55,401 nucleotides of DNA from Alphaproteobacteria bacterium (GCA_045635565.1 JAZTVX010000065.1:1-55401), one strand, 5' to 3'. Positions 1 to 10,501 are shown, counted from the stretch's first letter. The notes: generated by a model from the sequence alone, not told the origin. Numbers and translations are program-made.

Positions 1-930
1 ACAAGCGTTACATTGTTCCTGACCCGTGGTATCATCTTCAATGCTTAACGACAAATTACTGTACTTTTCTAAACTGATTTCAACAGCGTTAATATCACTA
101 CACGGAATACACGCACCACTTTTCGCACGATATTCCCCTGCAACACATTGCCGAACGGGTTGACACGTATGTTCTGCCGTATTACAAACGTAATTATCCC
201 CATAATCGGCACAATGTTCATTTTTGGTACAAGCAACACATTGTCCGCCTGCTCCATCATCATAGCAATATGGTGTATCATCAAGCCCATAACATTTATC
301 ACGACATGTCATATTGTTATCGCAGGTATAAGGGGAACATAAACCAACACAATCTTCTTCTTCAACACAATGTTGATTTTGATTATCATCTGATTTTTCT
401 GTATCCGAATCAATAAACGATGTAAAAACGATTGTATTGTCTGTTTCATCTTCCCCACAGATAGAAGCAGAACCTGTATATTTAACGAAATCCCCGTCCC
501 CTTGGGCAACCTGCACAAATTGTATGCCTTGAATAACACCGTTTAAGTTCATGTTCACAACATTTTTACACACACGGGAAGAAACACCTTCAACATACGT
601 TTTAAAAGCAACATCAGGGTGAGAGGTCATATAAATCGGATAACCCGTTCCCGTTGTATCCGGAAATTCATCGAAATCCGTGCCATCTTCGCTCGGTTCG
701 GGCAAAGGCATTTCCTGATATTTATGCCAGATATCATTCGCACGCAGATTGACTTCATACACAATGTCGTTTGCCCGATACTTATCCATAGCAAAAGAAT
801 ACCCATAAATCCCACCGGCTGATAAGACCCCCATCACAGCCAAAACACCCAAGATTTCAACCATGCTACGTCCTTGCTCTGCTGATGTTTTGGCATCAAA
901 TTGTTTCAAAAAAGGCACTTTGCGAATCAT
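1..930 (-). CDS. Type IV pilin-like, Cys-rich surface protein (3' end runs off the left window edge)
   Basis: Hand translation of the - strand from ATG at 930 (RBS CGGAGG upstream) is open to base 1: MIRKVPFLKQFDAKTSAEQG|RSMVEILGVLAVMGVLSAGGIYGYSFAMDKYRAND. This is a class III signal (Gly-1, Glu+5, hydrophobic helix), followed by a pilin-sized domain and a Cys-rich region (CVEEEDCVGLCSPYTCDNNMTC...CVACTKNEHC...CVAGEYRAKSGACIPC...QCNAC). It is absent from the ORF track because it has no stop in the window. Confidence 0.9.
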   Translation of the reverse strand, partial: MIRKVPFLKQFDAKTSAEQGRSMVEILGVLAVMGVLSAGGIYGYSFAMDKYRANDIVYEVNLRANDIWHKYQEMPLPEPSEDGTDFDEFPDTTGTGYPIYMTSHPDVAFKTYVEGVSSRVCKNVVNMNLNGVIQGIQFVQVAQGDGDFVKYTGSASICGEDETDNTIVFTSFIDSDTEKSDDNQNQHCVEEEDCVGLCSPYTCDNNMTCRDKCYGLDDTPYCYDDGAGGQCVACTKNEHCADYGDNYVCNTAEHTCQPVRQCVAGEYRAKSGACIPCSDINAVEISLEKYSNLSLSIEDDTTGQEQCNAC

Positions 931-975
931 AAAACCTCCGTTAAAATAATCTCAAAAAATCAAAACCTTCTCATT

Positions 976-1150
976 AAAAAACGTGTCAAAAAAAGGTACG
1001 GTTTTTTGACGCTTTTTTTTGATGGACGACGTGTGCTTGTAATGAGGTAAAAAAAATATAAAAATCAGATGATTACATTTTTTAGTTGACAAGAGGTATT
1101 TCGCATCATAATATGGGAAAAATAACGTACCTTTTTTTGACACGTTTTTT
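976..1150. repeat. Perfect 25-bp inverted repeat flanking a 125-bp segment (candidate invertible element)
   Basis: 976-1000 AAAAAACGTGTCAAAAAAAGGTACG is the exact reverse complement of 1126-1150 CGTACCTTTTTTTGACACGTTTTTT. Imperfect complementarity continues outward to about 954/1171. Confidence 0.95.
1086..1114 (+). promoter_or_regulatory. Sigma70-type promoter inside the inverted repeat, facing away from the pilin-like gene
   Basis: TTGACA (1086-1091), 17-bp spacer, TAATAT (1109-1114). No + strand gene lies downstream. Confidence 0.7.
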
Positions 1151-1239
1151 TAAGAGAATATATTGATTTTTAAACGTTATTTTTGAATAGGTTTTAGCGT
1201 TTTGCAAAAGTCTTTTTTTATATTTAAATTACTATTCAA

Positions 1240-1270
1240 AACATCAAAAAACGAATCGTTTTTAGATGTT
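1240..1270 (-). terminator. Imperfect hairpin, possible terminator after the GT2 gene
   Basis: AACATCAAAAAACGA-A-TCGTTTTTAGATGTT dyad about 40 bp past the GT2 stop. It is AT-rich and weak. Confidence 0.4.
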
Positions 1271-1310
1271 CAAATTTCAAATATCTACAACAACAAACCA
1301 ATTATTCCTA

Positions 1311-2297
1311 TTATAAAATTGTCATAACCCAACGAGCAGGATTTGATGTTTTACAATGTAACAACAAAAACAAAGTTAACCGATGATGTAATTTTAATCC
1401 ATCGTATGAAATTATTCCTTCTGAAAACAATGATTTAACCTGTGTTTGAATGGCATTAAAAAGATGGATTCTTTCTTGTTTGTTTTTTTGCTTGCGAATC
1501 GCCTGATTGACCATCATTTTAAATCGACCGTTTAATACTTTGGTGCGAACCAATGGTACTAAATCCGGCCTTAACTTTGCTGTTTCCGTTGCAATATGAC
1601 GAATTAACTGAACATAACTTTGTATTTTTTGAACAGTAAAAGATGTTCTCATAATCGATGACGGATTAGAATAGTAATAGTATAACGGATAATTTGTTAT
1701 TGCAATTTTGTGAATAAACATCATTAACATTGTCGTAAATGGAACATCTTCAAAATAAATACGATCGATGAATCTTAATTCCTTCAACGAACTATGGCGA
1801 TACAATTTAAAACAAACTCCCGTTCGTATTTTTTTACCAGTTAAAAACGTTTCTATCGGATTATTACTGATATCAATTTTTGCATCAAATTGTGATAAAT
1901 CAGGAAAAAGACCCGTATTTTTTTCATGTGTGGCAACCAGCGAACATGTCACAACATCAGCCTGTGTCTGTGTTATCGTTTCATATAATTTTTTTAAAAA
2001 ATCAGGATGATAGTAATCGTCCGAATCACAAAAAGCGATATATTCACCTCGAGCCATATCCAATCCAACATTACGAGCAGATGACAATCCTTTGTTTTCC
2101 TGATGAACCGTACGAATGCGACTGTCTTTTGACGCATACATTTCAAGAATCGAACCACTTTCATCCGTTGAACCATCATCAATACAAATTATTTCAAAAT
2201 CCGAAAAATTTTGAGACAAAATGCTTTCAAGACAGCCTGACAAATATTCTTCAACATTATAAATCGGCACAATTACAGAAATCAACGGTGTAGTCAT
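1311..2297 (-). CDS. Glycosyltransferase family 2
   Basis: ISVIVPIYNVEEYL, IDDGSTD, NKGLSSARNVGL, FCDSDD and FED motifs of GT2. Confidence 0.95.
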   Translation of the reverse strand: MTTPLISVIVPIYNVEEYLSGCLESILSQNFSDFEIICIDDGSTDESGSILEMYASKDSRIRTVHQENKGLSSARNVGLDMARGEYIAFCDSDDYYHPDFLKKLYETITQTQADVVTCSLVATHEKNTGLFPDLSQFDAKIDISNNPIETFLTGKKIRTGVCFKLYRHSSLKELRFIDRIYFEDVPFTTMLMMFIHKIAITNYPLYYYYSNPSSIMRTSFTVQKIQSYVQLIRHIATETAKLRPDLVPLVRTKVLNGRFKMMVNQAIRKQKNKQERIHLFNAIQTQVKSLFSEGIISYDGLKLHHRLTLFLLLHCKTSNPARWVMTIL

Positions 2298-2358
2298 TTT
2301 ATTTTCCTTTCACTTTATGGTCAGGATATCCGTTCACAATTTCAATTGCAAGCAAAAT

Positions 2359-2703
2359 TTACAAACAAACACCATTTGTATGAACCCGTTGAACAACCGA
2401 TTTGTCAATTTCAAATATCGTTGTACATGTAACCGGTGTATAATCTCCTTCAATACTGACTGTTTCTGATGGATTAAAGTACGTTTCAGACGTTGCCGGC
2501 GTATAATTTTCGTATTGAGTCGTATAAACAAAATACGTCGTACCGTCTTGGGTATAACGTTCATTCGGTTGCCCCAATTTTCGAACAACATCTGTCTGTG
2601 TTTTACCTACCATGGCTTGCAATGAAACCTGATCAAATTGTAATTTTGAGGCTGTACATGCACTCAAAATCAGACAGATAATAACCAAAATACTTTTTTT
2701 CAT
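2359..2703 (-). CDS. Small lipoprotein of unknown function
   Basis: Signal peptide with lipobox LSAC, RBS GAGGAGG, and a VVRKLGQP motif like SmpA/OmlA-type lipoproteins. Confidence 0.8.
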   Translation of the reverse strand: MKKSILVIICLILSACTASKLQFDQVSLQAMVGKTQTDVVRKLGQPNERYTQDGTTYFVYTTQYENYTPATSETYFNPSETVSIEGDYTPVTCTTIFEIDKSVVQRVHTNGVCL

Positions 2704-2755
2704 AATGCCTCCTCATCATTCAAATAAGGTGCTTTTTTATATCTGCAACATATTC

Positions 2756-4558
2756 TTAATTATTATGTTGTTTGCGACAAACAAATAAAAGACCTTTTTG
2801 GGTGCCATGTCCTTCTTTTCTTAAATCAATTTCAAAGGATTGCGTGGCATTCAGTCCATGGATTGACAACAGTGAACGAACATATGCTTCCCGATACTGG
2901 TAACGACCCTGCAAAGAAAGCCATATATCCTCTTTTTCGCTTTTTTCAATACTCAATAAAAAATATCCTGTATCGCTTAATCGATATGAAACGCCTTTTA
3001 TCAAACGTTCAAGTTCCGGTAAATAATTTGTTAATTCAATCCCAATGATCAAATCAAATATTTCATCCGTTTCTTCTAAATATATGTGTACGTCCTGCTG
3101 AACTAACTGTGTATAAACATTGCGTTGACAGGCAATTGCTAACATCTTTTCGGAGATATCAACCCCGACCAATTGTTGTGTCGGTTGATTGAACAACATC
3201 CCAAATTTTCCCGTACCACAAGCCAAATCCAAAACATTTTTAAAATCTTGGCGTGGTAAATTATTAATCACATGAATGGCTTCATTCAAAACAGAGGCTT
3301 CTAAATGCTCCATTGTATCATCATAAGTTGAAGCAAATGAATCAAATAATGTTTGAACGTATTGGTTCAAAGATGTTTTGTCTGTCCGATTGTGTATTAA
3401 AGAATTTAAAACATGTTGTGCTACGCCGTTGTCGGAAAAATGTTTTACCCAACCTTTGGCAAAATTAAGGGCTTCTTTATATCCTTTTTTACCCTGCTCT
3501 GCCAGACAAGATAACGTATTGGCAATTCTAAAATCAATCAATTCCGGATGGGCTTTTAACGTTAAAATATTAAAATAAATACCGGCTGCTTCACTATATT
3601 CGCCCATTTCTTCTAAAATCATGGCCAAATTATATAAAGATGAAATGTGATGTGGATTGATAAGTAAGACCGACCGATAATGTTCTAAACCTTCGGCCTT
3701 TCTGTCTTGCTTGCATAGAGCAATCGCCAAATTATGATGTGCCTGCAAAAAATCTAAATCCAATGCTAACGCCTTTTTATAATATTCTTCTGCTCGACGA
3801 TAATTTTCCTGTCTTAAATATAAATTGGCCAAATTTGCAAAAGAATCAGGTGCGTATGAATCAAGTTCAATAGCTTCTTCATACGTTTTTTGAGCCGTAT
3901 CATATAATTCTAAATTTTCTAAAATTAAACCTTTTTCGTTTAAAAATGATGCCGTTTTATACAATTTCAAAGCTTTTGTTATCCAGTTAAGGGCTTCTTT
4001 GTCATAACCACACAATCTGTTTTGAACAGCCAATTGATAGTACAACTCCGTGTTATTATGTTCCACTTGATTGACTTGATTTAAAATAGATAAAGCCTGA
4101 TGATGATTTTCTTTTTGCCGTTCAATCAATGCTAAACCTATTAAAGCGTTCAAACAGGAAGCATCTTGTTTCAATGTTTCTTCAAAAGCACTTTTAGCAA
4201 AATCGTTTTGCCCTTTTTGTAAATAAACATAACCGATTTGCGATAAAACCAACGGATTAGTTTTATATTTTTCATAGAAAGAAAGTGCCTCATCTAATCG
4301 TCCATCTTTTTGTAATACTCCTGCTAAGGCAAGGGCATATTGTTGTGAATCGGGATACAATTTAACGGCTTCATATAATAATTTTTCCGCCGGTTCTAAC
4401 GCATTAGACCGATACGCAATTAAACCAAGTAAATATAATGCATCACCATTGGACGGTGAAATTGTCAAAACTTCACGAACCATTTCTTCGGCTGTTTCAA
4501 AATCATTTTGATTATAGGCATGAAATGCTGTATCTAATGTTGTATCTATATGTGTCAT
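2756..4558 (-). CDS. TPR-repeat protein with C-terminal class I SAM-dependent methyltransferase
   Basis: Multiple TPRs, then LFDSFASTYD, VLDLACGTG, LVGVDISEKML and GRYQY motifs. Confidence 0.9.
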   Translation of the reverse strand: MTHIDTTLDTAFHAYNQNDFETAEEMVREVLTISPSNGDALYLLGLIAYRSNALEPAEKLLYEAVKLYPDSQQYALALAGVLQKDGRLDEALSFYEKYKTNPLVLSQIGYVYLQKGQNDFAKSAFEETLKQDASCLNALIGLALIERQKENHHQALSILNQVNQVEHNNTELYYQLAVQNRLCGYDKEALNWITKALKLYKTASFLNEKGLILENLELYDTAQKTYEEAIELDSYAPDSFANLANLYLRQENYRRAEEYYKKALALDLDFLQAHHNLAIALCKQDRKAEGLEHYRSVLLINPHHISSLYNLAMILEEMGEYSEAAGIYFNILTLKAHPELIDFRIANTLSCLAEQGKKGYKEALNFAKGWVKHFSDNGVAQHVLNSLIHNRTDKTSLNQYVQTLFDSFASTYDDTMEHLEASVLNEAIHVINNLPRQDFKNVLDLACGTGKFGMLFNQPTQQLVGVDISEKMLAIACQRNVYTQLVQQDVHIYLEETDEIFDLIIGIELTNYLPELERLIKGVSYRLSDTGYFLLSIEKSEKEDIWLSLQGRYQYREAYVRSLLSIHGLNATQSFEIDLRKEGHGTQKGLLFVCRKQHNN

Positions 4559-4570
4559 ATCATTTTCCTG

Positions 4571-5734
4571 TTATTCATCTTCAATTGAACCACGACGACC
4601 GATAACCATATCTCGATTGATATAAACGGATTGAATCAAGCCAAACCCCAAAAACAACGTCATCATAGCCGTTCCACCATAAGAAACCAATGGTAACGGC
4701 ACACCGACAACCGGCAACAACCCCATAACCATACCAATATTTATAAAAACATATAAAGCAAAATTAACCGTTAATCCAATTGCCAATACTTTTCCAAAAA
4801 AACTATTACACCGAAAACTAATGTAAAATCCGTATAAAATAATAATAAAATACAAACAAATCAATGAAGTCGAACCAAAAAAGCCAAATTCTTCCGATAA
4901 TACCGTAAAAATAAAATCCGTTTGTTTTTCTGGCAAGAAATTAAGGCGGCTTTGTGTACTTTCCATAAAACCTTTACCGAATAAACCACCGGAACCTAAT
5001 GTAATTTTTGATTGCATAATATGATACCCTGCTCCTAATGGATCATTTTCGGGATTTAAAAAAGTCAAGACTCGTTTCTTTTGATATTCATGCAAAAACG
5101 TCCATAAAATCGGAATACAACCGGAAACCGTTGCCAAGATAATTAAAAATTTCCACACCTGTACTCCGACAACAAAAAAAACAGCACCCGTAGCAAACAC
5201 CAACATAAGAGCAGTTCCTAAATCAGGTTGCATCAATATCAATGAAACGGGCAATATCATCATCAAAGCCGGTGGTATCATATATTGAATGGAATGAATG
5301 TCCGATAGCGATGAACTATGAAAATATTTTGCCAATGCTAAAATTAAGGCGATTTTCATCACTTCGGACGGTTGTAAGTTAATAATGCCCAAATTTAACC
5401 ACCGTTGAGCCCCCATACCAACATGTCCGAATAATGAAACACCTATCAATAACACTATACCTATTCCGTATATCCAGTACGCATATTTCATCCATATTCT
5501 TAAATTGATAAACGACACAATAATTAAAACGCCTAAACTTAACAAAAAACGTACAAATTGCCGACTGGCCCAAGGTTGCCAATGTCCGTTTGCGGCCGAA
5601 TACAAAACACCGATACCAATAAAAACAACGCAACATATTAAGAATAAATATTTATAATTAAATCGTTTTATCTTATCAACAATCGATAAATTATAATTTT
5701 TTAAATAACAATTTCTTTCTTTGAAAAAACTCAT
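4571..5734 (-). CDS. rodA: Rod shape-determining protein RodA (SEDS)
   Basis: GAQRWL, QPSE, QPDLGT, GYHIMQS, LPEKQTDFIF and PLVSYGG motifs. Start moved to the ATG at 5734, immediately after the mrdA stop, rather than 5950. Confidence 0.97.
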   Translation of the reverse strand: MSFFKERNCYLKNYNLSIVDKIKRFNYKYLFLICCVVFIGIGVLYSAANGHWQPWASRQFVRFLLSLGVLIIVSFINLRIWMKYAYWIYGIGIVLLIGVSLFGHVGMGAQRWLNLGIINLQPSEVMKIALILALAKYFHSSSLSDIHSIQYMIPPALMMILPVSLILMQPDLGTALMLVFATGAVFFVVGVQVWKFLIILATVSGCIPILWTFLHEYQKKRVLTFLNPENDPLGAGYHIMQSKITLGSGGLFGKGFMESTQSRLNFLPEKQTDFIFTVLSEEFGFFGSTSLICLYFIIILYGFYISFRCNSFFGKVLAIGLTVNFALYVFINIGMVMGLLPVVGVPLPLVSYGGTAMMTLFLGFGLIQSVYINRDMVIGRRGSIEDE

Positions 5735-5735
5735 A

Positions 5736-7580
5736 TTATTTATCCCTTCCGATGATATTTTCGGTCGGATATAACCGTAATACTTCCTGCAAAATATCCG
5801 ATGCAATCGGTGCGGCAGAAATGGAACCACCCCCACCATGTTCAACAACAACAACAATTGCATAACGGGGATTTGAAATCGGTGCAAATGCCCCGAACAT
5901 GCCATGGTCACGATATTTCCATGGTAATTGTTCTTGTGATATAACCCCAAAATGGCGTTCTTTCATAGAAATACGTCGCACTTGTGTACTGGCTGTTTTC
6001 CCGGCCATTTTTTGACCGTTTATGTCAAATCGCACTTTATGAGCCGTTCCACCTTTTTTATTGACAACCATATTCATGCCGTTTTTAATGATTTGAATAT
6101 GTCTTTTATTAAAACCTAAATCCATGGTCGTTGACTTAATATGGTCATCTTTTAGTAATGTTATCCGTAATTTTTTACCACCATTAGCAATTTGAGCAAC
6201 GGCTCGTGCCATTTGTAGAGGTGTTGCCATTAAAAACCCCTGTCCGATACTTAAATTAAGTGTATCACCCATACGCCAGTCATCTTTATAACGTGCTTTT
6301 TTCCATTCGGCAGACGGAAGCAATCCTGATTTTTCCCCTGTCAGAAATGTTTGCGTTTCTTCACCAAAACCCAATCGCTGTGCCACTTCTAAAATCTTTT
6401 CGGCTCCGATTTCCTGTGCGACCTGATAAAAATAAATATCACAAGAGTGCATTAACGCTTCTTCTATCGTTAAATGAGCATGTCCATATCGCTTCCAACA
6501 ATGAAAATATTGGTTACCAAATTGTAAGCGACCCGAACAAAATATTTTACGGTGTGGTGTAATATGACCACTTTCCAAACCAGCCAACGCTACAACCAAC
6601 TTAAAAATAGATCCGGGTGAATACATACCGTTGATGGCTTTGTTTTGTAATGGCTTTTTTTCATTATTGATAATGCTCTTCCAAACTTTTGTCGAAATGG
6701 GCATCGTAAAAACATTTGAATCAAATGACGGTGTTGATACCATAGTTAAAATTTCACCGGTATGCACATCTAATACGACAACAGCCCCGGCTTCATCTCC
6801 CATACGTTCCGTAGCAAATTTTTGTAATCGCGTATCAATCGTTAATGTCAGATTATGACCTTTTTGGGATTTTTCTTCCTCCATTACCCGAACCGACCGA
6901 CCATATGCATTGATTTCGGTTTTTCGCATCCCCGGCTTACCTTTTAAACGAGATTGAAAAGCTTCTTCAATCCCTATTCGACCAATCCGATACCCAGGTA
7001 AATCCAACAACGGATTATTCGGATCTTTTTCCATGTCTTTTTCAGTTAACAAAGATACATAACCAACAACATGTGATACATCTTCTTTAAACGGATACAA
7101 ACGAGTCGTTTCTTCTTCAATATGAATACCAATTAAAACAGAGGCATTCATTTGCACCAAAGCGGCCTCATTAAACGTCAAGTTATCCTTAATGCGAATA
7201 GGCATAAATGCCCGTTTACGTTTCATTTCCTTTTCAATACGATAAAATTCTTCATCATCCAACGATATAAGCCGACGAAAATTATCCAATGTCTTACGAT
7301 AATTTTTTGTTTCCTCTCGTATCAAAACAGCTTGAAATTTTTTATTGTTTTCAGCTAAACGAACACCGTTTCGGTCATAAATAATCCCTCTTGTCGGTAA
7401 TGTTAACCGAAGGGAAGTCCTGTTTTTTTCTGCTAATTGGCGATACTTATTGCCTTCAATAATTTGCAAATAAAACAAGCGAATAACCAAAATACTTATC
7501 AATAAAGTAAAAATACCGATGAGAGCCAGTACACGTTTGTGTAAAATTCTGATTCGTTCATATTTCCATGGTGTACTCAT
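5736..7580 (-). CDS. mrdA: Penicillin-binding protein 2
   Basis: RGIIYDRNG, PGSIFK (SxxK), SCD and KTA motifs; located in the mre operon. Confidence 0.97.
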   Translation of the reverse strand: MSTPWKYERIRILHKRVLALIGIFTLLISILVIRLFYLQIIEGNKYRQLAEKNRTSLRLTLPTRGIIYDRNGVRLAENNKKFQAVLIREETKNYRKTLDNFRRLISLDDEEFYRIEKEMKRKRAFMPIRIKDNLTFNEAALVQMNASVLIGIHIEEETTRLYPFKEDVSHVVGYVSLLTEKDMEKDPNNPLLDLPGYRIGRIGIEEAFQSRLKGKPGMRKTEINAYGRSVRVMEEEKSQKGHNLTLTIDTRLQKFATERMGDEAGAVVVLDVHTGEILTMVSTPSFDSNVFTMPISTKVWKSIINNEKKPLQNKAINGMYSPGSIFKLVVALAGLESGHITPHRKIFCSGRLQFGNQYFHCWKRYGHAHLTIEEALMHSCDIYFYQVAQEIGAEKILEVAQRLGFGEETQTFLTGEKSGLLPSAEWKKARYKDDWRMGDTLNLSIGQGFLMATPLQMARAVAQIANGGKKLRITLLKDDHIKSTTMDLGFNKRHIQIIKNGMNMVVNKKGGTAHKVRFDINGQKMAGKTASTQVRRISMKERHFGVISQEQLPWKYRDHGMFGAFAPISNPRYAIVVVVEHGGGGSISAAPIASDILQEVLRLYPTENIIGRDK

Positions 7581-8083
7581 ACTTCATACTTCCCAATCAA
7601 ACGGTTGACATAACCACAGATACCGGCAATCAACGGATAACAAATAATCAAAGAAACGTATTCTGTTAATAAATAATATAAATGTGGTATATGATTATAT
7701 AGACCTTTTAAAAGAAGTAATCCGACAACAAACAAGAAACCACTGATAACAGAATATGTTAGCCATTGTTTTTTGAATGATTGAATTATAATTTGCCCTC
7801 TGTTTAACTGTCCTATCAAAAAAATTGTACAATATACAACAGGAGACAATCCAAAGGGCACACTTAATAAAAAATCAGCAAACACGCCTAAACAAAATAC
7901 CATGACAATATTTAACAATTTAGCATTAAAAACAGCAAAATAAAATATAACACCCCACAAATTGCTTAAATATGATTGAGAAAACCCAAACACATCAAAT
8001 GACAGACTTTTCAGCAAAATAAAGAATAAAGCCAATAAAAAAGGAAGCCGTCTAATGATATTTTTTTTTAACAAAACATACAT
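7577..8083 (-). CDS. mreD: Rod shape-determining protein MreD
   Basis: Hydrophobic protein with FCLGVFADFL..PFG between mreC and mrdA. The ATG at 8083 overlaps the mreC stop (TGATG). Confidence 0.85.
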   Translation of the reverse strand: MYVLLKKNIIRRLPFLLALFFILLKSLSFDVFGFSQSYLSNLWGVIFYFAVFNAKLLNIVMVFCLGVFADFLLSVPFGLSPVVYCTIFLIGQLNRGQIIIQSFKKQWLTYSVISGFLFVVGLLLLKGLYNHIPHLYYLLTEYVSLIICYPLIAGICGYVNRLIGKYEV

Positions 8084-8949
8084 CAGTTTTTCTCTCCACA
8101 CTGACACGGCAACTCGCTGGGCAACAAACCACTTAAATTAAAATCAATTGCTCTGACAAATTCAAGATTTTGACTTTTTTCAAATAAATCAACAGAGTAT
8201 TCGCCATTTTCAACAGACGATACACGCCCGATAGGGATACCCGACGGATACACACCGGCATTACCTGATGTCATAATAAAATCTCCGACTTGGATTTGTG
8301 CTTCTTCCGGTAAAGAAATCAATTTTGGATACATAGAATTATCACCTATCAGCATACAAACAACTCGTTTTGTACCAACCAAAACAGGCAAACGTGAATA
8401 AAAATCCGTTACCTTCAAAGCACGAGCAGTTGTTGAACCAACTTCAATGACATGTCCCAATAAACCATTATTTGTAACCAAAACATCCCCTTTTTTAACA
8501 CCAATATTCATACCACCGTTAATAATAACGGATTGTGAAAATGGACTATTATAATCTGCTAAAATACGCACCACATATTCCCGTCCCTGTGCAACCGGTT
8601 GATAGTTCAATAAACGTGATAGTTCTTTTTGGTCGACAACCAACTTAAATGCCAATTTTTGCCAGGATTTAAGTTGTTCATTTTCCTTTTTCAGATGTTT
8701 ATTTTCTTCATAAACACTCAAAAAAGAAGATACCGATTCAATTTTATCCTGTGCAAACTGAACAGGATAAGAAACCACGGAAATAATCGGAGCCATGAAT
8801 GCCATTAATTTTGTTTTGACAGAAACAATGACAGGTGCATTCATGGCAGTTAAAATAAAAAGTATAAGTCCCCCAATAACAAACGGAACAGGAACTAACC
8901 GTTTTAATTGCGTTTTTGTCCGCTGTATTTTGAAAAACTTATGACTCAT
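8083..8949 (-). CDS. mreC: Rod shape-determining protein MreC
   Basis: N-terminal TM, coiled coil EENKHLKKENEQL, GLLGHV and TSG..GVYPSGIPIG motifs. Confidence 0.95.
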   Translation of the reverse strand: MSHKFFKIQRTKTQLKRLVPVPFVIGGLILFILTAMNAPVIVSVKTKLMAFMAPIISVVSYPVQFAQDKIESVSSFLSVYEENKHLKKENEQLKSWQKLAFKLVVDQKELSRLLNYQPVAQGREYVVRILADYNSPFSQSVIINGGMNIGVKKGDVLVTNNGLLGHVIEVGSTTARALKVTDFYSRLPVLVGTKRVVCMLIGDNSMYPKLISLPEEAQIQVGDFIMTSGNAGVYPSGIPIGRVSSVENGEYSVDLFEKSQNLEFVRAIDFNLSGLLPSELPCQCGEKN

Positions 8950-8959
8950 CAGTAAAAAG

Positions 8960-10048
<1,089 letters not shown>

Positions 10049-10268
10049 TCATGTTCTACACGATATTATCAAAAAACACAACTCTTTTTTAACATAAAAT
10101 TAACTTTTTTATTCTAAACCGATTATCAAAAACAGATAATATTTTTTTATTGACAAATGAATGATGATAAAAAGTATGTTTTTTTGTATAGTCATGGGTA
10201 AAATACCTCATTTTTTTTCGTATAAGGCACTCCAAAACAAAAACAATCCACTAAAAGAAAAAAATTTC

Positions 10269-10297
10269 TTGACAAGGGAGTATTTTTTAGGTAAAAG
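10269..10297 (+). promoter_or_regulatory. Putative promoter of tRNA-Thr
   Basis: TTGACA (10269-10274), 17 bp, TAAAAG, about 10 bp before the tRNA. Confidence 0.55.
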
Positions 10298-10306
10298 ACA
10301 CCTATT

Positions 10307-10381
<75 letters not shown>

Positions 10382-10387
10382 TGTATT

Positions 10388-10420
10388 AAAGCCCTCAATT
10401 AAATGAGGGCTTTTACTTTT
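10388..10420 (+). terminator. Rho-independent terminator after the tRNA
   Basis: AAAGCCCTCA-attaaa-TGAGGGCTTT followed by a T-rich tract. Confidence 0.85.
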
Positions 10421-10501
10421 AACCGCAAGCGTTTTCTCGAGTCCGATAGTTGGACTTTCAAAAATCACTCAAAATCGCAAATTAACAGACTTTTTCTTTG
10501 T

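Noticed and set aside
69-822. Five short ORFs in the track (69..302, 148..342, 309..539, 619..822, 627..815)
   Set aside because: All are alternative-frame or antisense shadows of the real edge-truncated pilin-like CDS <1..930.
952-1143. 63-aa ORF spanning the inverted-repeat element
   Set aside because: It has a GTG start inside the repeat arm, no RBS, and K/F-rich low-complexity translation of A/T tracts. It is not a recombinase.
976-1150. Inverted repeat as a terminator or MITE
   Set aside because: A 125-bp loop is too long for a terminator. No target-site duplication is visible and complementarity decays gradually outward. A MITE is not fully excluded without a genome-wide search.
5735-5950. 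72-aa N-terminal extension of rodA in the ORF track
   Set aside because: It overlaps mrdA by more than 200 bp; the ATG at 5734 directly follows the mrdA stop.
10089-10104. CtrA-like box TTAA-N7-TTAAC upstream of mreB
   Set aside because: It matches the consensus, but such AT-only motifs are expected by chance several times in a window this AT-rich. It cannot be supported without conservation data.
10439-10447. GAGTCCGAT repeated just downstream of the tRNA T-arm as a possible att remnant
   Set aside because: Only 9 bp, too close to the tRNA, and it does not include the tRNA 3' end.
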